From: Camelus ferus
Lineage: Eukaryota
Assembly: GCF_009834535.1 (NCBI RefSeq)
Contig: NC_045698.1
Span: 12,340,001-12,404,000 of the forward strand
Length of the DNA: 64,000 nucleotides
Reading direction: 5' to 3'
Shown here one piece after another: positions 1-13,119 of the stretch. Within the stretch, counting starts at the first letter, position 1, and each line of letters opens with the position of its first letter. A program made the position numbers and the translations under genes. The notes below the pieces were generated by a model that worked only from the letters and a program-made list of their open reading frames with translations, was not told the origin of the DNA and made no database searches.

Positions 1-2163
1 ATTGTGTCGCAGGTTGCATGGAAAGTTAAGATGGAGCCAGGATAAATAACAACCATCCCAGGCACCAATCAAAGTGCTTAGTCAAATGAGTCCTGCTGCC
101 ACCTGTGTTCAGATACTGGAACAGAGCAATTACAGTCATTATGGTGTTAATCTGTGTAGCACATCACTCCAGAGAAAGTGCCAGGCAGCTTGTTCAAGTA
201 AGGGTGTGGATGTGGCTTGGTTCCCAGCATCAGCCCAGCGACTGATGGACCTGGCCGTGTCATTTCAAAATCACTCTCCAATACTGGCTCATCACTTGTC
301 ACAAATGTCCCACAGCATTACAACATGTTAATAATAGAAGAAACTGGGACACTTTAACCTCAATTTTCCTGTAAAGCTAACATTGCTCAAAAAAAAAAAA
401 GTCTATTAATATTTTAAAAATCACTTCCCTGTTGATTAAGAAGATATGGTTAATAATTATATACCCCCCCAACTAGAATTGTGAGCCAGATCCAATTCAT
501 AAGGGTTGAGTTTTACTCAATTATATTTCTTTAAAAAGTTTACACCATTTTATCAAAATCCCCTAGGACAGTTGTTAAAAAGAAAAAAACAAACAAACAA
601 AAAACATGACTGTATCTCAGGGGTGGGCTTGGTGCCTAAGAATCTGCATTTTAGTAAATACCCAAGTGCACAACTCTGAGTTTGCAGGTAACTGCTTTAG
701 GTTGTCAGAATTCATCAGCTTTTCCATATAAATGCACAGCTTTAAAAGGTATAAAGATAAACTGGAGCAGCAAGATTCTATTTGCTGAACAAACAGCAAA
801 GTGCAAGATATCAACTTTCAAGTATTTGGGGGTGAAATCAGTTGTTTAAAAGGGCTATGTTAAATTTACAAGAACTTTGAGAAAGTTGACAGAGAAGGGG
901 ATGTATTTTAAACCAGTAGATTTCTAAGAATATCCACTTGTTACCTTTTTTTTTTTTTAAGTTAAGGGCTTCCTTTCAAGGAGCTTTGTTGCCCCTTGGT
1001 CAAAGCTGTTTGGGCTAAAACATGAAATCCTGCCTTCTGAGAACTGACCAAGAGTCAAGAATATTAATGCCAGATTGGGCACGTTTCTCTGAGGCTAAGT
1101 CCCTTCTTAATTATCCTCCTTATTTCTCTGACACCATGCTAATAGAGTGTTGCACTTGCAAAATAAAACACCAAAAAAGCTCACGTTACCTTCTCTTCTT
1201 TAGCTGCAAAAATTAATCCATCAGTGACAAATATATATTTGTAAATAGATGGAACCATTTCCCCACTTAAAGGAGACTTCTGTACATGTATGTGTCAGTT
1301 TTTGTTTCCACCACATGTTTGTTGGGTTTCGTTGAAATGGGTTGTCTTAATTTCCTTTGTGATTTCAAATTGAGTTTCTTTGCTGTTGTTGTTCTGTTGC
1401 TGCGAGCATTTCCTAATCTGGATGTGCCTTTGTGTACAGAGTCTTTTTCACTACTTTGGTTTTCATAAAGTACTCACCTTTAATTGCTCCAGTCCAACTA
1501 ATGGTTTAATTACTAGTTACAGAAAGGGAAAGTTCTGGAGTTTCTTTCGCACAAATTAGAAGTTAATAACTGACACAACCTTAAAATCCTGTTTTTCATG
1601 CTTAACTAAACAGCAGTCCCTTTCAGTTCGCTTATAGTCTTGGATGTTTAAAAATTCACATGTTTTTGCCTTTTGAACAAACGAACATTAAGGGACTCCT
1701 TTAATGTTGTTTAAATTTTTAAACAAGTGTTCCTTTTATTTCTCATAACTGACAATCCAAAAACCCTCAAGGGAGTTGTTTGTTTTGGGGTTTTTTTATG
1801 TGAAACTTTAAAACAATTGTGAAAGATTTCTTTAGAAGGAATAAAATGGGAGGGGGGAATACCTGAAAATTTCATATTGTCGAATTAAACAGGTACAAAA
1901 GAATAAACACAGAAATAAAGCAGAGATAAGACTCTCAAAAAACTAACTTGCTAGCAGTCATTTTTCTAAACAAGATGGGCTTCGGCTGAGACATCATTTA
2001 CCCCATCAGACAGTTCTCAGTGGATGGTCAATGCCAACTTTGAGCAGGATCAATGCCCCACCACTTCATACACCAGCAGGAATGCTTACTAAATTGATAT
2101 CCCACACAAACACAGAGCTGTTTTCATAAATTAATCCATTTCCGCTTAAAGGGTCATTTCCTG

Positions 2164-2524
2164 AATATCATATGATATCACTTATATATGAATCTTAAAA
2201 AAAATACAAATTTTATTTACAAGCCAAAACTAGACTCATGGACATAGAAAACAAACTATCATTACCAAAGAGGAAAGGGCAGGGGAGGGATAAATAGTTT
2301 AGGATTAACAGATATAACATTACTATGTATAAAATAGATAAACAGCAAGGACCTACTGTATAGCACAGGGAACTATATTTAATTTCTTGTAATAACATAT
2401 AATAAAAAAGAATCTGAAAATATGTATATGTGTGTATATGTATAACCGAATCACTTTGCTGTACACCTGAAACTAACATTGTAAACCAACTACACTTCGA
2501 TAAAAAATAAAATTAAAAAAAAAA
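2164..2524 (+). mobile_element. LINE-1 3' end (cetartiodactyl-type 3' UTR), 5'-truncated, with poly(A)
   Basis: L1 3' UTR motifs (GACATAGAAAACAAAC, CTACTGTATAGCACAGGGAACTATATT, GAATCACTTTGCTGTACACCTGAAACTAAC) ending in an A-rich tail. Confidence 0.9.
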
Positions 2525-2979
2525 GTGCTGTGTTCTGGTCCTGTTGAGTGTGATAAATAAATGGTATAAAACTCCATGAAACCCTCCATGATAATATATT
2601 CTGTCCACTTGGAGTATGTTTGAAAGTTCCTTTTCTCTCTTGATTGCCTGTTATCTCCATGTTTCTTCTCTTCTATTTCATAGGCGTGGCTCTGAGGCTG
2701 ACTTTCCAAAATTTACCCACTCTCCACCTCTGTTCATCACAGAATCTTTACCACTTCCAAACCTTGTGCCTTCACTTATCATCACCCCCAAACTTGTATT
2801 TTCAATCCTTCCTGCTCACATTATCCAAGCCAATAAATGTGATCAAGTCTCTTTCATTTGAAAATGGCTGTTTGTTAACCCAACTGCTCCCTGAACTACT
2901 AGGCCATCTCTCCTCAAATCCTTAGCTTTTCATTGTCTCTACTTCACCCCCAGGCAATTTACTCTTCAACCCCTTAGGA

Positions 2980-3670
2980 TTGAATTTTTGCCCTCTGCCC
3001 CATTTTCTTGAAGATTGCCGTGACCTCGGAATAATCAAATTGAACAGCCTGTTCTCGAATTCCGTCCTCCTTGACGATGCCCCTCTTTGGGAACTCTCAC
3101 CTCTTAGCGTTGGGGCCAGCTTCATGGGTGTGCAGCCTGTAGGTCTAGTTGCACAGGGCCCTACGCTCAGAAGGGGCCCTGTGTTTGGTTTAATACTTGC
3201 TGTATTGTCTTAAAATCCTAACGATTTTTGAATCAGGGGTGCTGTTTTTCATTTTGCACTGGGCCCCCAAAATTATGTAGCCAGTCTTACCAAGCTTTCC
3301 TAACACTGCGTGTGGCTTGTTGGCTCATCTCTTTGGCCTCTTTCTCTGTCATTTTTACAGGCCTTTCTTCTCCCTTCCTCCTCCGAGTGATAGTCCACCC
3401 TAAGCATGTGTTCTCTTCTCCACCTCTCACAGTCTTGTCATTAATTCTCTGTCCATCAGCTGCCATCTCTTCATAAATGATTCCCAAACCCAGAACTCAA
3501 GCTCGAAGAAGTCCCAGCCCCCTGTTTCCAACCATCTATGGGATTTCTCCTAGTGAGGTTCTCCTTAACCGTTCACACTCCCAAACTAACCCTTCTTCAC
3601 TCACCTCATCCACTTTTACTAACTTCCCTGTATTTATTAATGGAATAATCATAATTCAGTCATCTTGATG
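2980..3670 (+). mobile_element. Decayed LINE-2 fragment, interrupted by MER45A
   Basis: Pyrimidine-rich L2-like sequence on both sides of the 3112-3287 element; boundaries approximate. Confidence 0.6.
3112..3287 (+). mobile_element. MER45A-like non-autonomous hAT-Tip100 DNA transposon
   Basis: GGGCCAGCTTCATGGGTGTGCAG...GCTCAGAAGGGGCCC...CATTTTGCACTGGGCCCCCAAAATTATGTAGCCAGTCT, near full length. Confidence 0.85.
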
Positions 3671-3849
3671 AGTGGGTATCTGCTACTCAGAGCTGCTCTA
3701 CATCTTCTGATGATCTTACCCACATGCTGAGAGTGTCCTCACATTGGGAATCCCTCCAAGCCAATGAACAATCCTCAAACTTCCTTTGCTCCAAACACAT
3801 GCCTTCAATTCTACCAGCTGGATGCACCCATTCAAGGTTTAACCTGGGG

Positions 3850-4175
3850 AACAAACTACGTGGGGACCCAGGGGAGGATCAAAGTGACGGTGATGACGAC
3901 ACAGTTGGAAGCAGAGGATCGGTTTTTGTGGTCAGCCATGGGGACATCACTCCCAGACTGCCCCAGCGCGGTTCCTAAGTTGGTAGGTGAAGCCACCTCT
4001 GACCAGCCAGGCCTGCTCTGTGCTGTGGTTCTAAGAATTATTTCTGGAAGCTTAGCCTAAAGCTCATGCCTTCAGCCCTTCCAAAGGTAAGGCAAGTTTT
4101 ATGATAGTCTTTAATAAATCTCCTCTTGCTTAAATTTTCCCAAGTGCATTTTGTTTTCTGCCACTTGCCAGTACC
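3850..4175 (+). mobile_element. Old ERVL/MaLR-class LTR fragment
   Basis: LTR-like 3' end TAATAAATCTCCTCTTGCTTAAA...TTTGTTTTCTGCCACT; family not resolved. Confidence 0.45.
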
Positions 4176-6099
4176 TTAAGAGGAGTAACACCCCAAGACT
4201 GAGGAAAGTGAGGCCCTGTGCTTGGGGGCACTTTCCTCAAAATGCTCTAAATTCCATTGGGTGCCCAAGACTGGCTGAGGACAGCAGTGCCATCCAGAGA
4301 GGCCACCCTGGACCCAGATCAGGTCCTACATGGCCTTTGGTCTCTGCCTTTCCCCTTTGGGGTTCTCACTAACCCTCTGCTGTGCACATGGTGTCATCTG
4401 GAATCTAGGACTGGCATTTATCGGGGTCCTCATGGAGCTGATGGCTGGACCTCATTCCCAGGAAGACAGCCTAGATTTTCCTACTGGCCAATACAGTGTG
4501 TTTTTCACAGGATCATGAGTGATTGGGCCCCAGATTGATGCTGAACAGCTGATTTTGCATGACTTTCAATCACCTGGGACAAAGGAGGGCTGCAGAGCTC
4601 TTTGCCACCAATAGTCCCCCAGTGACCTTGGGCTCAGCCTGTGCATGGACTCCTGTGTCAGGTCTCATCTATGTTACAGCCAGCAGTGGTACTGCCCAGG
4701 CCTACAGCATCCTTGGGCGGTGCAGAGGCGGCAGGCGTCTTTGCCCTGTGTGCTTCCCACCCCTGGCACATAGGATGGTCATCATACTCCTTCCACTGGC
4801 TCTGCTCCTCATGTCAGGCAGCTCTCCTGGGTTAACTGCACGTCCTTGGTTTTCTAGACAGTTGCTCTGCAGTGTCAATCAGCCCTTGTGAGCCATGTCC
4901 TCACTTACCTCCAATCAATGTGGTGTCATTATCCTCTTGTGGGTGGACCTCAATCTAAGCCAGATGAGAGGTGGACATTTCTCGTCTTGCATTCCACTCA
5001 TGGCTCCTCCCTTGACCCCTTCATTGGTGGTGCTGTGTGAACAGCAAAGTGCAATCAGCATTGAAATAGATCACATGTTCGGAATGCCTTGATTGTAGCT
5101 CAAAGAGGTCAAGAGAAGGTGGAATTGGTAGATGTGTTGTTCAATGGTGATGCTATAAAATTCTCAGTGGTAAGTTTAACAAGACCCAAAGGTGAACTCT
5201 CACTCTGATTTTCCTGTGTACTCGGAGTTGGACTTGGATTTGCGGCCACCATCCACAAAGCACTGTGACGACCTTTGAAGGGGTCACTGGCAGCCAATTT
5301 CACAGACACACCATGGATGATGTAGTGTCATAAAAGATGCTGCAACAGCATTAAATAAATGACATGAAGAAATGGTGGAGGTCAGAACTTCTGTATTGTT
5401 TTAAAACAATGAGGTTCTGAAGAGCCATGATACCATGAGTAATAAGTTCCCCAACACTTTTCTTGTGGTGGGAGATAACAAATGAGCCCCAAATGACACA
5501 TTTGACAACAAGAACATGAGGAGATTTTTCTGGATGTGAACCAGAAGGGCTGGTACCTGAACCCTTGGAAAAATCTTGAAGTTCTCTCAGTAGAACAAAC
5601 ACTAAAGGGTCCATCATTCTCAGTCTTCATGGAGAAGTCACCATAGCTCACATGGGCTTATGAATTTTGTAATACATTTTTAAATCAAGTTTTTTATATA
5701 CACAGGAGTCCCACACATCCTAAAGGAAAACCACATAAAAAACAGCCTCAGGCTGTTCTACAAAAGAGAAATTTGGGGATGTGTCACAGGGACAATTCTA
5801 TACAAACTCTCTTTAGCAACCTGGCAAGGGCTTGATTTCCACACCTGAAGTCATCACGATTGCTATTGCTTCTTAAATGAGACAAGAATATGTTTGGAAT
5901 GTTTTTTTCCCCCTGTAGTTTCCATTAAATGTGAGAGCACATCCGCTGAGAGTATTACGAAAAAATCAGATAAGTGCAGAAAATTGTTTATATAAAAATG
6001 TCCAGGAGAGAGCTGTTTAGAACAGTTAAAAAGCTGGGCACAGCCTAAGTGCCCCTCAGCGGGAGAGCAGTTGCGTAAGTCATGGGAAATGTGCGCCGC

Positions 6100-6525
6100 A
6101 GCGCATCTGTTCTGCGTAACAAGCCCCCTAAAACTAAGTGGCTTCAGACAACAACGACTTATTATTTCTCACAGTCCTGTGGCCCAACGGGGCTTGGCTG
6201 CTGCTGTCACCTGGGCTCTCGGAGGCAGCTGCAGGCCAAGGGGCACCAGCTGTGACTGGTGATGGGACACGGCCTTCCTCCCGGGGCAGGAGCCTTGCTG
6301 GGGCAGCTGGGACAGCTGGCTGCTCCCTCCTGGGTCTTTCTTCACACCATGGAGGGCTCAGAATTCCATTCGGGCAAGAACAGAACTGCAAGACCTTTTG
6401 AGAACTTGCAAAGAAGTCACATGACCTTGCTTCTTCCATATATTATTGGTCAAAGCCTGACATAAGGCCATCCCAGATTCCAGACTCTCTTGATTTGAAG
6501 GAACTGTAGAGCATGTGTGCGCATT
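6100..6525 (-). mobile_element. MLT1 (old H/I/J-type) MaLR LTR
   Basis: TGCGTAACAAGCCCCCTAAAACTAAGTGGCTT...TTATTTCTCACAGT and ATTATTGGTCAAAG...CCCAGATTC motifs. Confidence 0.7.
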
Positions 6526-6547
6526 TTTTTTGGGGGGGGGGGGGGAG

Positions 6548-7262
6548 ACAGTAAAAATTTACATAACACCAAACTCACCATTTTAGGCCTTCTGTGGGGG
6601 GTGGGGGGGTGGGGAGCAGGTAATTAAGTTTGTTTATTTATGTATTTGTCTTAGCAGAGATACTGGGGATTGAACCCAGGACTTCATGCATGCTAAGCAG
6701 GCACTCTACCAATGAGCTATACCCTCCCCACAACACACACACCATTTTAAAGTATACAGTGTCACTAATACATTCACAGCGTTGTGCAGCCCTCTGTCTA
6801 GTTCCAGAATATTTTCATCACCTCAAAAGGAAACCTCACAGCCATTAAGCAGTCACTAAGATTCACACCTACCCCCAGCCTCCGGAAGCCACTAATAATT
6901 TGCTTTCTGTCTCCAGGGATTTGCTTATTGTGGATATTTCATATACATGGAGTCATGCCTATCTTCTATGACTGGCCTCTCAATCAGCATGTTTGCAAGG
7001 TCCGTCTGTGTTGTACCCTGGATCAGTACTTCATTCCTTTTCGTGGCTAAGTAATATTCCATTGTATGGCTAGACCACACTTGGTGTATCCATTTGTCAC
7101 TTGATGGACATTTGGATTGTTTTCACATTTTGGCTGTGTGAATAGTGGCATTGTGAATACTTGGATACCTGTTTTCAATTCTTTGGGGTGTATACCTAGG
7201 GATGGAATTGCAGGGCCAGATGGTAATTCTGTTTTGCTCTTTAAAGAACTACCAAACTGTAC
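6548..7262 (-). mobile_element. L1MB-type LINE-1 3' fragment, split by a SINE
   Basis: ACATTCACAGCGTTGTGCAGCC...ATATTCCATTGTATGG...TATACCTAGGGATGGAATTGC; sequence resumes after the SINE. Confidence 0.85.
6586..6730 (-). mobile_element. Camelid tRNA-Ala-derived SINE (vic-1 type)
   Basis: Minus strand GGGGAGGGTATAGCTCATTGGTAGAGTG...GGTTCAATCCCCAGT (A and B boxes), A-rich middle, TAATTACC tail; CACCATTTTA duplicated at 6576-6585 and 6740-6749. Confidence 0.9.
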
Positions 7263-7349
7263 TCCTCTGTGGCTATTTTTAATCCAGCAAACTATCCATA
7301 TTTATTGATGTGGAGACAGGAATAAGTTACAAAATGATGTGTTTCATCT

Positions 7350-7800
7350 GCATGCTACAGAAACTTAAGTAAAACAAACAAACAGTGTCTATAAGCAGAT
7401 ATGTTTATTCTTCTCTTATAAACAAAGCCTGGAGGGTTGGGATGTTCTGTAAAGTCTCCAAGGACATCAGCTCCTTCCAGTGCTGTCTCTCTCCGCAGTG
7501 GGCCACTGTGTCCCTCAGCCTCACACTTTATGAAGGCACCCTCAGCTTCCTAGGCTGCAGGAAGCAGTGAGAGGGCCATGGCTGATGGAGGAGGCAAAGA
7601 GCTCGCCCACTGTCTCTTATGGCAGGTTCCCAGGAGTCTTCACACATTGCGCCTTCTCCTTCTTGGCCAGAACTTTGTCTTCAGCTGCGAGGAATACTGA
7701 GACATGTGATATTTATTCTGGATTTTTAGCTACCCAGCTAAAAACTGTTACTTGGGAGAAGAAACCAAGAGGTACTAGGGAAAAGCTGCCCATCTCTTCC
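7350..7800 (-). mobile_element. Old MLT1 (J/K/L-type) LTR
   Basis: TTTATTCTTCTCTTATAAACAAAG...TTGGCCAGAACT...GAGACATGTGAT pattern; heavily decayed. Confidence 0.55.
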
Positions 7801-8223
7801 CGCCTGACAAAATTAATTGTATAGAAAAGAAGAACGTTTAACAGATGTTATCTCTTGGTAACAAGGGCAGGCAATTAAAATTATTCTTGATATTTTTCTA
7901 TGCTTTCTGAGTTTGTGACACCTATAAAATCATAAGGTTAATCTTTTTTGAAAAAATAAAATACTCATTTCTTTTATCAAAACAGAACTTCATTCTTTCT
8001 TTCGTTTTTTTTTTTAAAGAGTTCATTTTGTATCTCTGATGTCAGGTATTAGAAAATACAAAAATGAGTAAGACAGGATCTCTAAGGAAATCAATAGACC
8101 AGTTGCAGAGAGAGAGAGTGAGCTACTGAAAGATAATTTTGAAATGACTATGGAAATTTCTATAGCAGAGCATACATAAAGTTTTCAGGGGAACTTTAAA
8201 ATAAAAAGTGAAGCCTAGGGGAG

Positions 8224-8617
8224 TGTTATGGGCTGAGCCATGTCCCCCTAAATTCATATGTTGAAGTCCTAACTTCCAATACCCTGACACGTGACTGTGT
8301 TTGGAGACAGGGCTCTTAAAAGGTGATTAATTAAAAATGAGGCCATTAGGATGGGCTCTAATCCAATATGACTGGTGTCTTCATAAGAAGAGGAAGTCTG
8401 AGAACACACAGAGACACCAGGGATGCTTGCACAGAAGAAAGATCACGTGAGGACGCAGCAAGTCAGCCATCTGTGAGCGAAGGAGGGAGGCTTCCGAAGA
8501 AACCAACCCTGCCACCACCTTGCTCTTGGACTCCCAGCCTCCAAAACTGAGAAAATCAATCTGCTGTTTGTCACCTAGTCGGGGTATTTTGTGATGGCAG
8601 CTCTAGCAAACTAATAA
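8224..8617 (+). mobile_element. MLT1B-like MaLR solo LTR within L2-like sequence
   Basis: TGTTATGGGCTGA...AAATTCATATGTTGAAGTCCTAAC...GGCAGCTCTAGCAAACTAATA. Confidence 0.9.
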
Positions 8618-8849
8618 TAAATCTGGAGAAAATTCCCAGAGAGCTGCACTTGAACCAGGACTCAGTGGATGAGTAGGCCTCTACCAGGTGGCAAAGAGAG
8701 CAAAGCACATTCTAGGCACAGGGCAAAACCCCAAGTTATGAAGAGCATTTCAGCAAAGGGTACCAAGGACGGTTAGGCAGAGAGCGCATGTGTGTAGAGT
8801 TATAGGATACAAACCCCAAAATTTGCGTTAACCCCCCGTTAAGTTAGTG

Positions 8850-9262
8850 TAGCATAATATGCTGTACATGTCTGAAAACTGACTCTCTGTAAAGGATGGC
8901 CCTGATTTACACCGCAGCATTTGCTAATTTCTGCAGCTTGCATACTCTCACCAGGGCTGACTTCAGGGATTCCCCGAACGTGGAGTGGGGAAGACCCACA
9001 CAGAAGCACATCACTATTCAGTATTTCCGCCACACACGATGCAGTGGACATCGCTAACTTCAAGTGCATGGATAAGAGTAAAAATGTACTAGAATAATTT
9101 GTAAGCAATCCGGGCTGAGGATGTACTATTTGGAGTTTTAATATAATTTATTTAATTGTAAGTTTGTGTAACTTCATTTTGACTAATGGCTGTGCTGAAC
9201 ACCTGGCTCACAAAATGCCTGAAAACAGTCTGTTCTCCTGAGTGAGTATGAGCACACCCCTG
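8850..9262 (+). mobile_element. MER63-type hAT-Blackjack DNA transposon
   Basis: GCCCTGATTT...GCATTTGCTAATTTC...GAACGTGGAGTGGGGAAGA...AATGGCTGTGCTGAACACCTGGCTCACAAAATGCCTGAAAA...GCACACCCCTG. Confidence 0.7.
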
Positions 9263-9499
9263 TTTGGCTACTGTTTCATAAATTATTGCGCTTGCCCTTG
9301 GTGGGGTTAAGACTCAGAAAATAAAGTAATGCATAGCAGCGTTTATCATCTGGTTGAAAACATGACACACACGTGTTCAAAGGAACTTGGGATAATTGTG
9401 AAGAAGGTAGAGGATTATGGGAGGCAGAAGGAGGCATCTCCACAGCTGTGGTAGTAGTTAAACCATCACAGAGGAGGTGGGAGAGACTGGAATCTTACA

Positions 9500-10215
9500 G
9501 TGTAAATCAACAGCACTTTACAATTGCACTTAAATTCCTCCAGGGACTCCTTTACAATTAGCATTAAATACCAGCTCCCTTCAGACTGATAAAACCCTGC
9601 AGGACCTACCTTACAATCACTCTGGCATTCTGGAACTAAATCCTGCCTCAGGGCCTTTGCACATGTTTCCTGTACCTGCAATGTCTCCCCTCACCTTTCA
9701 CTCATCCCCATTCACTATGCATGGCTGCCTTGTCTCCTCGCTCAGAACTCAACTCAGGTGTCCTCAAATCAGCCAGTCTAATTCTGCAATGACATTGGGT
9801 CACGTCGCTCCACCTCTTTTTTTTTTCCATAGCCTTTATCACTCTTTGAAATGATCTTATATTCTCTTTGTTTTCCTCGGGGGTTAGCAAACTACAGTCC
9901 ATGGGCCAAATCTGGTGCAAAACCTGTTCTTGAAATGGACTTTTACTGGAACCAGCCACCCCCAGTTCCTGACAGACAGTCCAGGGCTGCTTTTGCAATA
10001 CAGAGTCAAGCAGCTGCAACAGAGCCCAAACTATTGATTTCTGTCCCTTTCAGGGAGGTTTGCTGATCCCGGGTTTACTTGCTTGCTGTGTTTATGTGTT
10101 GGTTGTCTGTCTTCCTCCACTGGAACGCTAGCTCCTTGGGAGCAGGGTGTTTGTCTCTTTTATCCCCTGCTATATCTCAAGCACCCAGAGGAATGTCTAT
10201 TGCACAAATGAAGGG
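9500..10215 (+). mobile_element. LINE-2 3' fragment containing a nested MER58A
   Basis: CCTGCCTCAGGGCCTTTGCACATG...TGTCTGTCTTCCTCCACTGGAACGCTAGCTCCTTGGGAGCAGGG. Confidence 0.75.
9878..10072 (+). mobile_element. MER58A-like hAT-Charlie MITE
   Basis: Terminal inverted repeats GGGGTTAGCAAACT...GGTTTGCTGATCCC; internal GGGCCAAATCTGG. Confidence 0.8.
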
Positions 10216-10700
10216 GTGACAGTATTATTAACTGAAGGGCTTGCATGTTAACACTGGCCCAGCCTAATCATAACACCAATATTAACTAGCACTACCATTG
10301 CCACTGAAGGCTAAGGTGTGCTAACAAGAGCTGGTGTGGGCGGGGCGCTGCTCTAAATGCTTTGCTTGAGATATCGAATCAGCAAGGGGGGTTCCATGCT
10401 ACCCATTTTATGCAGGAGCAAATCGAGACTCAGAGCTCAAGCAACTGCCCACCTCCCCGCGGATGGGTGTGGCACACAGCGCCGTGAGGTCGCTCAAGCT
10501 TATGCTCTTTCATCTGTCCTGAAAGACCATGAACTTCGGAGTAAGAGCCAAATTCAAAAGTCAAGACTTTACCTCTCTACAACTTTGTTTAATGTGAGGT
10601 TGGGAAATTATCCCCTAATTCCCAGGACTAAGATAGGGAAGGCACCTAAAGCAATGCCTGGCATGCAGTGGGTACTCAAAAGCGGTCATTTCCTTCCTTC

Positions 10701-10800
10701 TTTTTTTTTTTTTTTTTTTTTATTGGAGGCATTGGGGATGGAACCCAGGACCTCGTGCATGCCGAGCATGCGCTCTACCACTGAGCTACTACCCTCCCCC
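10701..10800 (-). mobile_element. Camelid tRNA-Ala-derived SINE, short form (tRNA head plus poly(A))
   Basis: Minus strand GGGGGAGGGTAGTAGCTCAGTGGTAGAGCGCATGCTCGGCATGCACGAGGTCCTGGGTTCCATCCCC...CCAATA(n); flanks CCTTCCTTCTTTT / CCTTCCCTCTTTT form a TSD with one mismatch. Confidence 0.9.
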
Positions 10801-11569
10801 ACCTTCCCTCTTTTTTAAGACAAGGAATGGGACAAATTCCATTCAGTCCACCCTTGACCTTCCACCTGGCAGTGGGCCACAGTGTGTCCAGCCAGCTGTC
10901 CTGCCTGGCCAGGCGGCGGCGCCTGTGTTTTCACAGCAGGGACAGCTCTGACCTGGCCTGGAGCACTTGTGAACCCCCTCCCCTCGCACCTTTCTCCTTT
11001 TTGACCCTGGCCGCTTACCTGGATTGAAAAACAATTCCACCACCTCTTCAGCTTCTTTGCCTTTGGGAAAAATAGTCCTATTTAGACGCCTTCTGCCTCC
11101 ACCTTCTGACACCAGGCCCCCTGGGTTCTGATCACTGCTCCAGAACAAACAGAAAAATTTCATCAGAACGCAATATTCAGCAGGACATAAAATGCCAGTG
11201 GTCTGGACACTGGCATCTGAGTAGGTGCAGAGAATTTTGCAAATGGAGAAAGTCATGAAGAGTTTTGCAAGAATCTGAATATGTTAAAAATATATTAATT
11301 TGGTATAGCCAGAAAATAAGCATGAGTGGGTGGTGGGAACAGTGACATGCAGATACATCATGGGCTGTGAATTAGTCATGGGGCTCTTTGAATTAAGCAA
11401 GAAAAACAAGTGCTGGCAAACTTAAGGGGGAAAGGAATTTATTTGCAGTATACTGGGGAGCTTGTGGAATCAAAGGGCGGCATCAGAGGGCAGAGGCTTC
11501 CTGTCTCAGCAACACGTTGAACAGATAGCTCCTCTCCCCGCAAGCACCTTATCATGTTGGGCATCCTTT

Positions 11570-11930
11570 ATTATTCATGTACATCCAAACTGAGAGACAT
11601 TCCACAAAAACACTTGGCCAGTACTCCTCAAATTGTCGAAGTCAACAGAAGCAAGGAAAGACAGAAACTGTCACAGACCAAGGAGGCTAAGGGGGGGTCA
11701 AAGGTAACGTGGGACCCTGGGACAGAAAAGGGACATTTGTACAAACACCAATGAAATCCGAACTAAGTCTAAAGTTTAGTTAATAGTAACATACCAATGT
11801 TGGTTTCTTCCTTTTGACAAATGTACAAGATAACATAAGATGTTAACACAAAAGGAACAATCTGTATTAGGTTTGCAGCTTTTCCATAAATCTAGAATTA
11901 TTCCTCACAAAAGTGTGTTGTTAAAAAAAT
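11570..11930 (+). mobile_element. L1MC-type LINE-1 3' fragment
   Basis: CCAAACTGAGAGACATTCCACAAAA...TAGTTAATAGTAACATACCAATGTTGGTTTC...TTTGACAAATGTAC. Confidence 0.75.
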
Positions 11931-12246
11931 TTCAAAGGTACAGGGAATCCACAAAAGTCCAAGAAAGATAACGCAAAAACCACAATGGCAAGTGATTCCC
12001 CGTGCCAAAGAGGAGTGGGAGATGAGCGTCCGTGAGTCACAGCTGAGACTCTTACATAAATCATGAATCCCCAAAGGCTATACCCTTGGAAATGCACAGC
12101 ATGGAAAATTCCCAGCTCTTGTCAAAGGCACTGACAAGAAAACTTGTCAATTAAGGCCTTGATGTGGGATGAAAATGGAAACTTTCTTGAGAACTCATAA
12201 ACCCAAGCAGCTCTGATTCTGGTTTAGACTTTCAATTTGTACCACC

Positions 12247-12605
12247 TGTTAAGGGCAGAATTAGGCAACCAACCCCCAATTCATATGTTGAAGTCCCAAC
12301 CTCCAGTGTCTTGAAATGTGACTGTATTTGCAGACAGGACTAATTCAGTGTGACTTGTGTTCTTATGAGAAGAGGAAGTTTAGACTTAGAGAGGGACACC
12401 AGCGGCATGCAGGCATGCAGAAGAAAGGCCACGTGAGGACACAGGAGGAAGGCAGCCGCCTGCAAGCCAAGGAGAGAGGCTTCAGGAGAAACGAACCCTG
12501 CTGACACCTTGATCATGGACTTTCAGCCTCCAGACTTGTGAGAAAGTGAATTTCTGTTGTTTAAGCCATCCAGTCTGGGGCACTTTGCTATGGCCGCCCT
12601 AACAA
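12247..12605 (+). mobile_element. MLT1B-like MaLR LTR
   Basis: AATTCATATGTTGAAGTCCCAACC...GCAAGCCAAGGAGAGAGGC...TTTCTGTTGTTTAAGCCA. Confidence 0.85.
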
Positions 12606-12607
12606 GT

Positions 12608-12911
12608 GTAAAATCTGCAGGGTGGGCTGATGTGCTAGAAATCCAGGGAAGGGTTGAAGTTTGAGTCCAAAGGCGGTCTGCTGGGAGAATTTCTTCTAGC
12701 TCAGGGGAGGTCAGCCTTCGTTCTTCTAAGGCCTTCAACTGTAAGAGGGACCCACCCACATTACGGATTGTAATCTATTTACTCAACGTCCATCCATCTA
12801 AATGTTAATCTGATCCAAAAAACACCTTCACAGAAACATTCAGAAAAATGCTCCATCAAGTATTTGGGCACCATGGCCCGGCCAAGTTGACATATAAAAT
12901 TAACCATCACA
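12608..12911 (-). mobile_element. MLT2-type ERVL LTR fragment
   Basis: Ends CCAAGTTGACATATAAAATTAACCATCACA, the reverse complement of the MLT2 start TGTGATGGTTAATTTT. Confidence 0.85.
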
Positions 12912-13119
12912 GATGAGGTGTATCTTTTTGTTTGGAAGTGTTGTCTGTTGTCTGTTGGCTTTTGCACGCCAGCTGTCTGCATGCAGGGATTGCTTCAGAG
13001 GATATCCCCACCTTATGCACTGCTGACTCTGCTGGATGGAACCAGGGGACGTGGAACCAGAGGTCTTCTGAAGACGTGACCATGACCCCACGTAGCCCAG
13101 CACCAGAAATGGAGGAAAT

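Noticed and set aside
4180..5650. Possible ERV internal region or pseudogene after the LTR-like end at ~4170
   Set aside because: The frames I translated are stop-ridden and gave no gag/pol/env or cellular motif I recognise. Left unassigned pending Dfam and tBLASTx.
6524..6615. G-runs with G-quadruplex potential
   Set aside because: They are a homopolymer at a repeat junction and the C-rich tail of the SINE; homopolymer lengths are also error-prone.
6660..10800. tRNA-Ala genes at 6660-6730 and 10724-10800
   Set aside because: Mutated stems or anticodon loop, A-rich tails and TSDs identify them as SINE copies.
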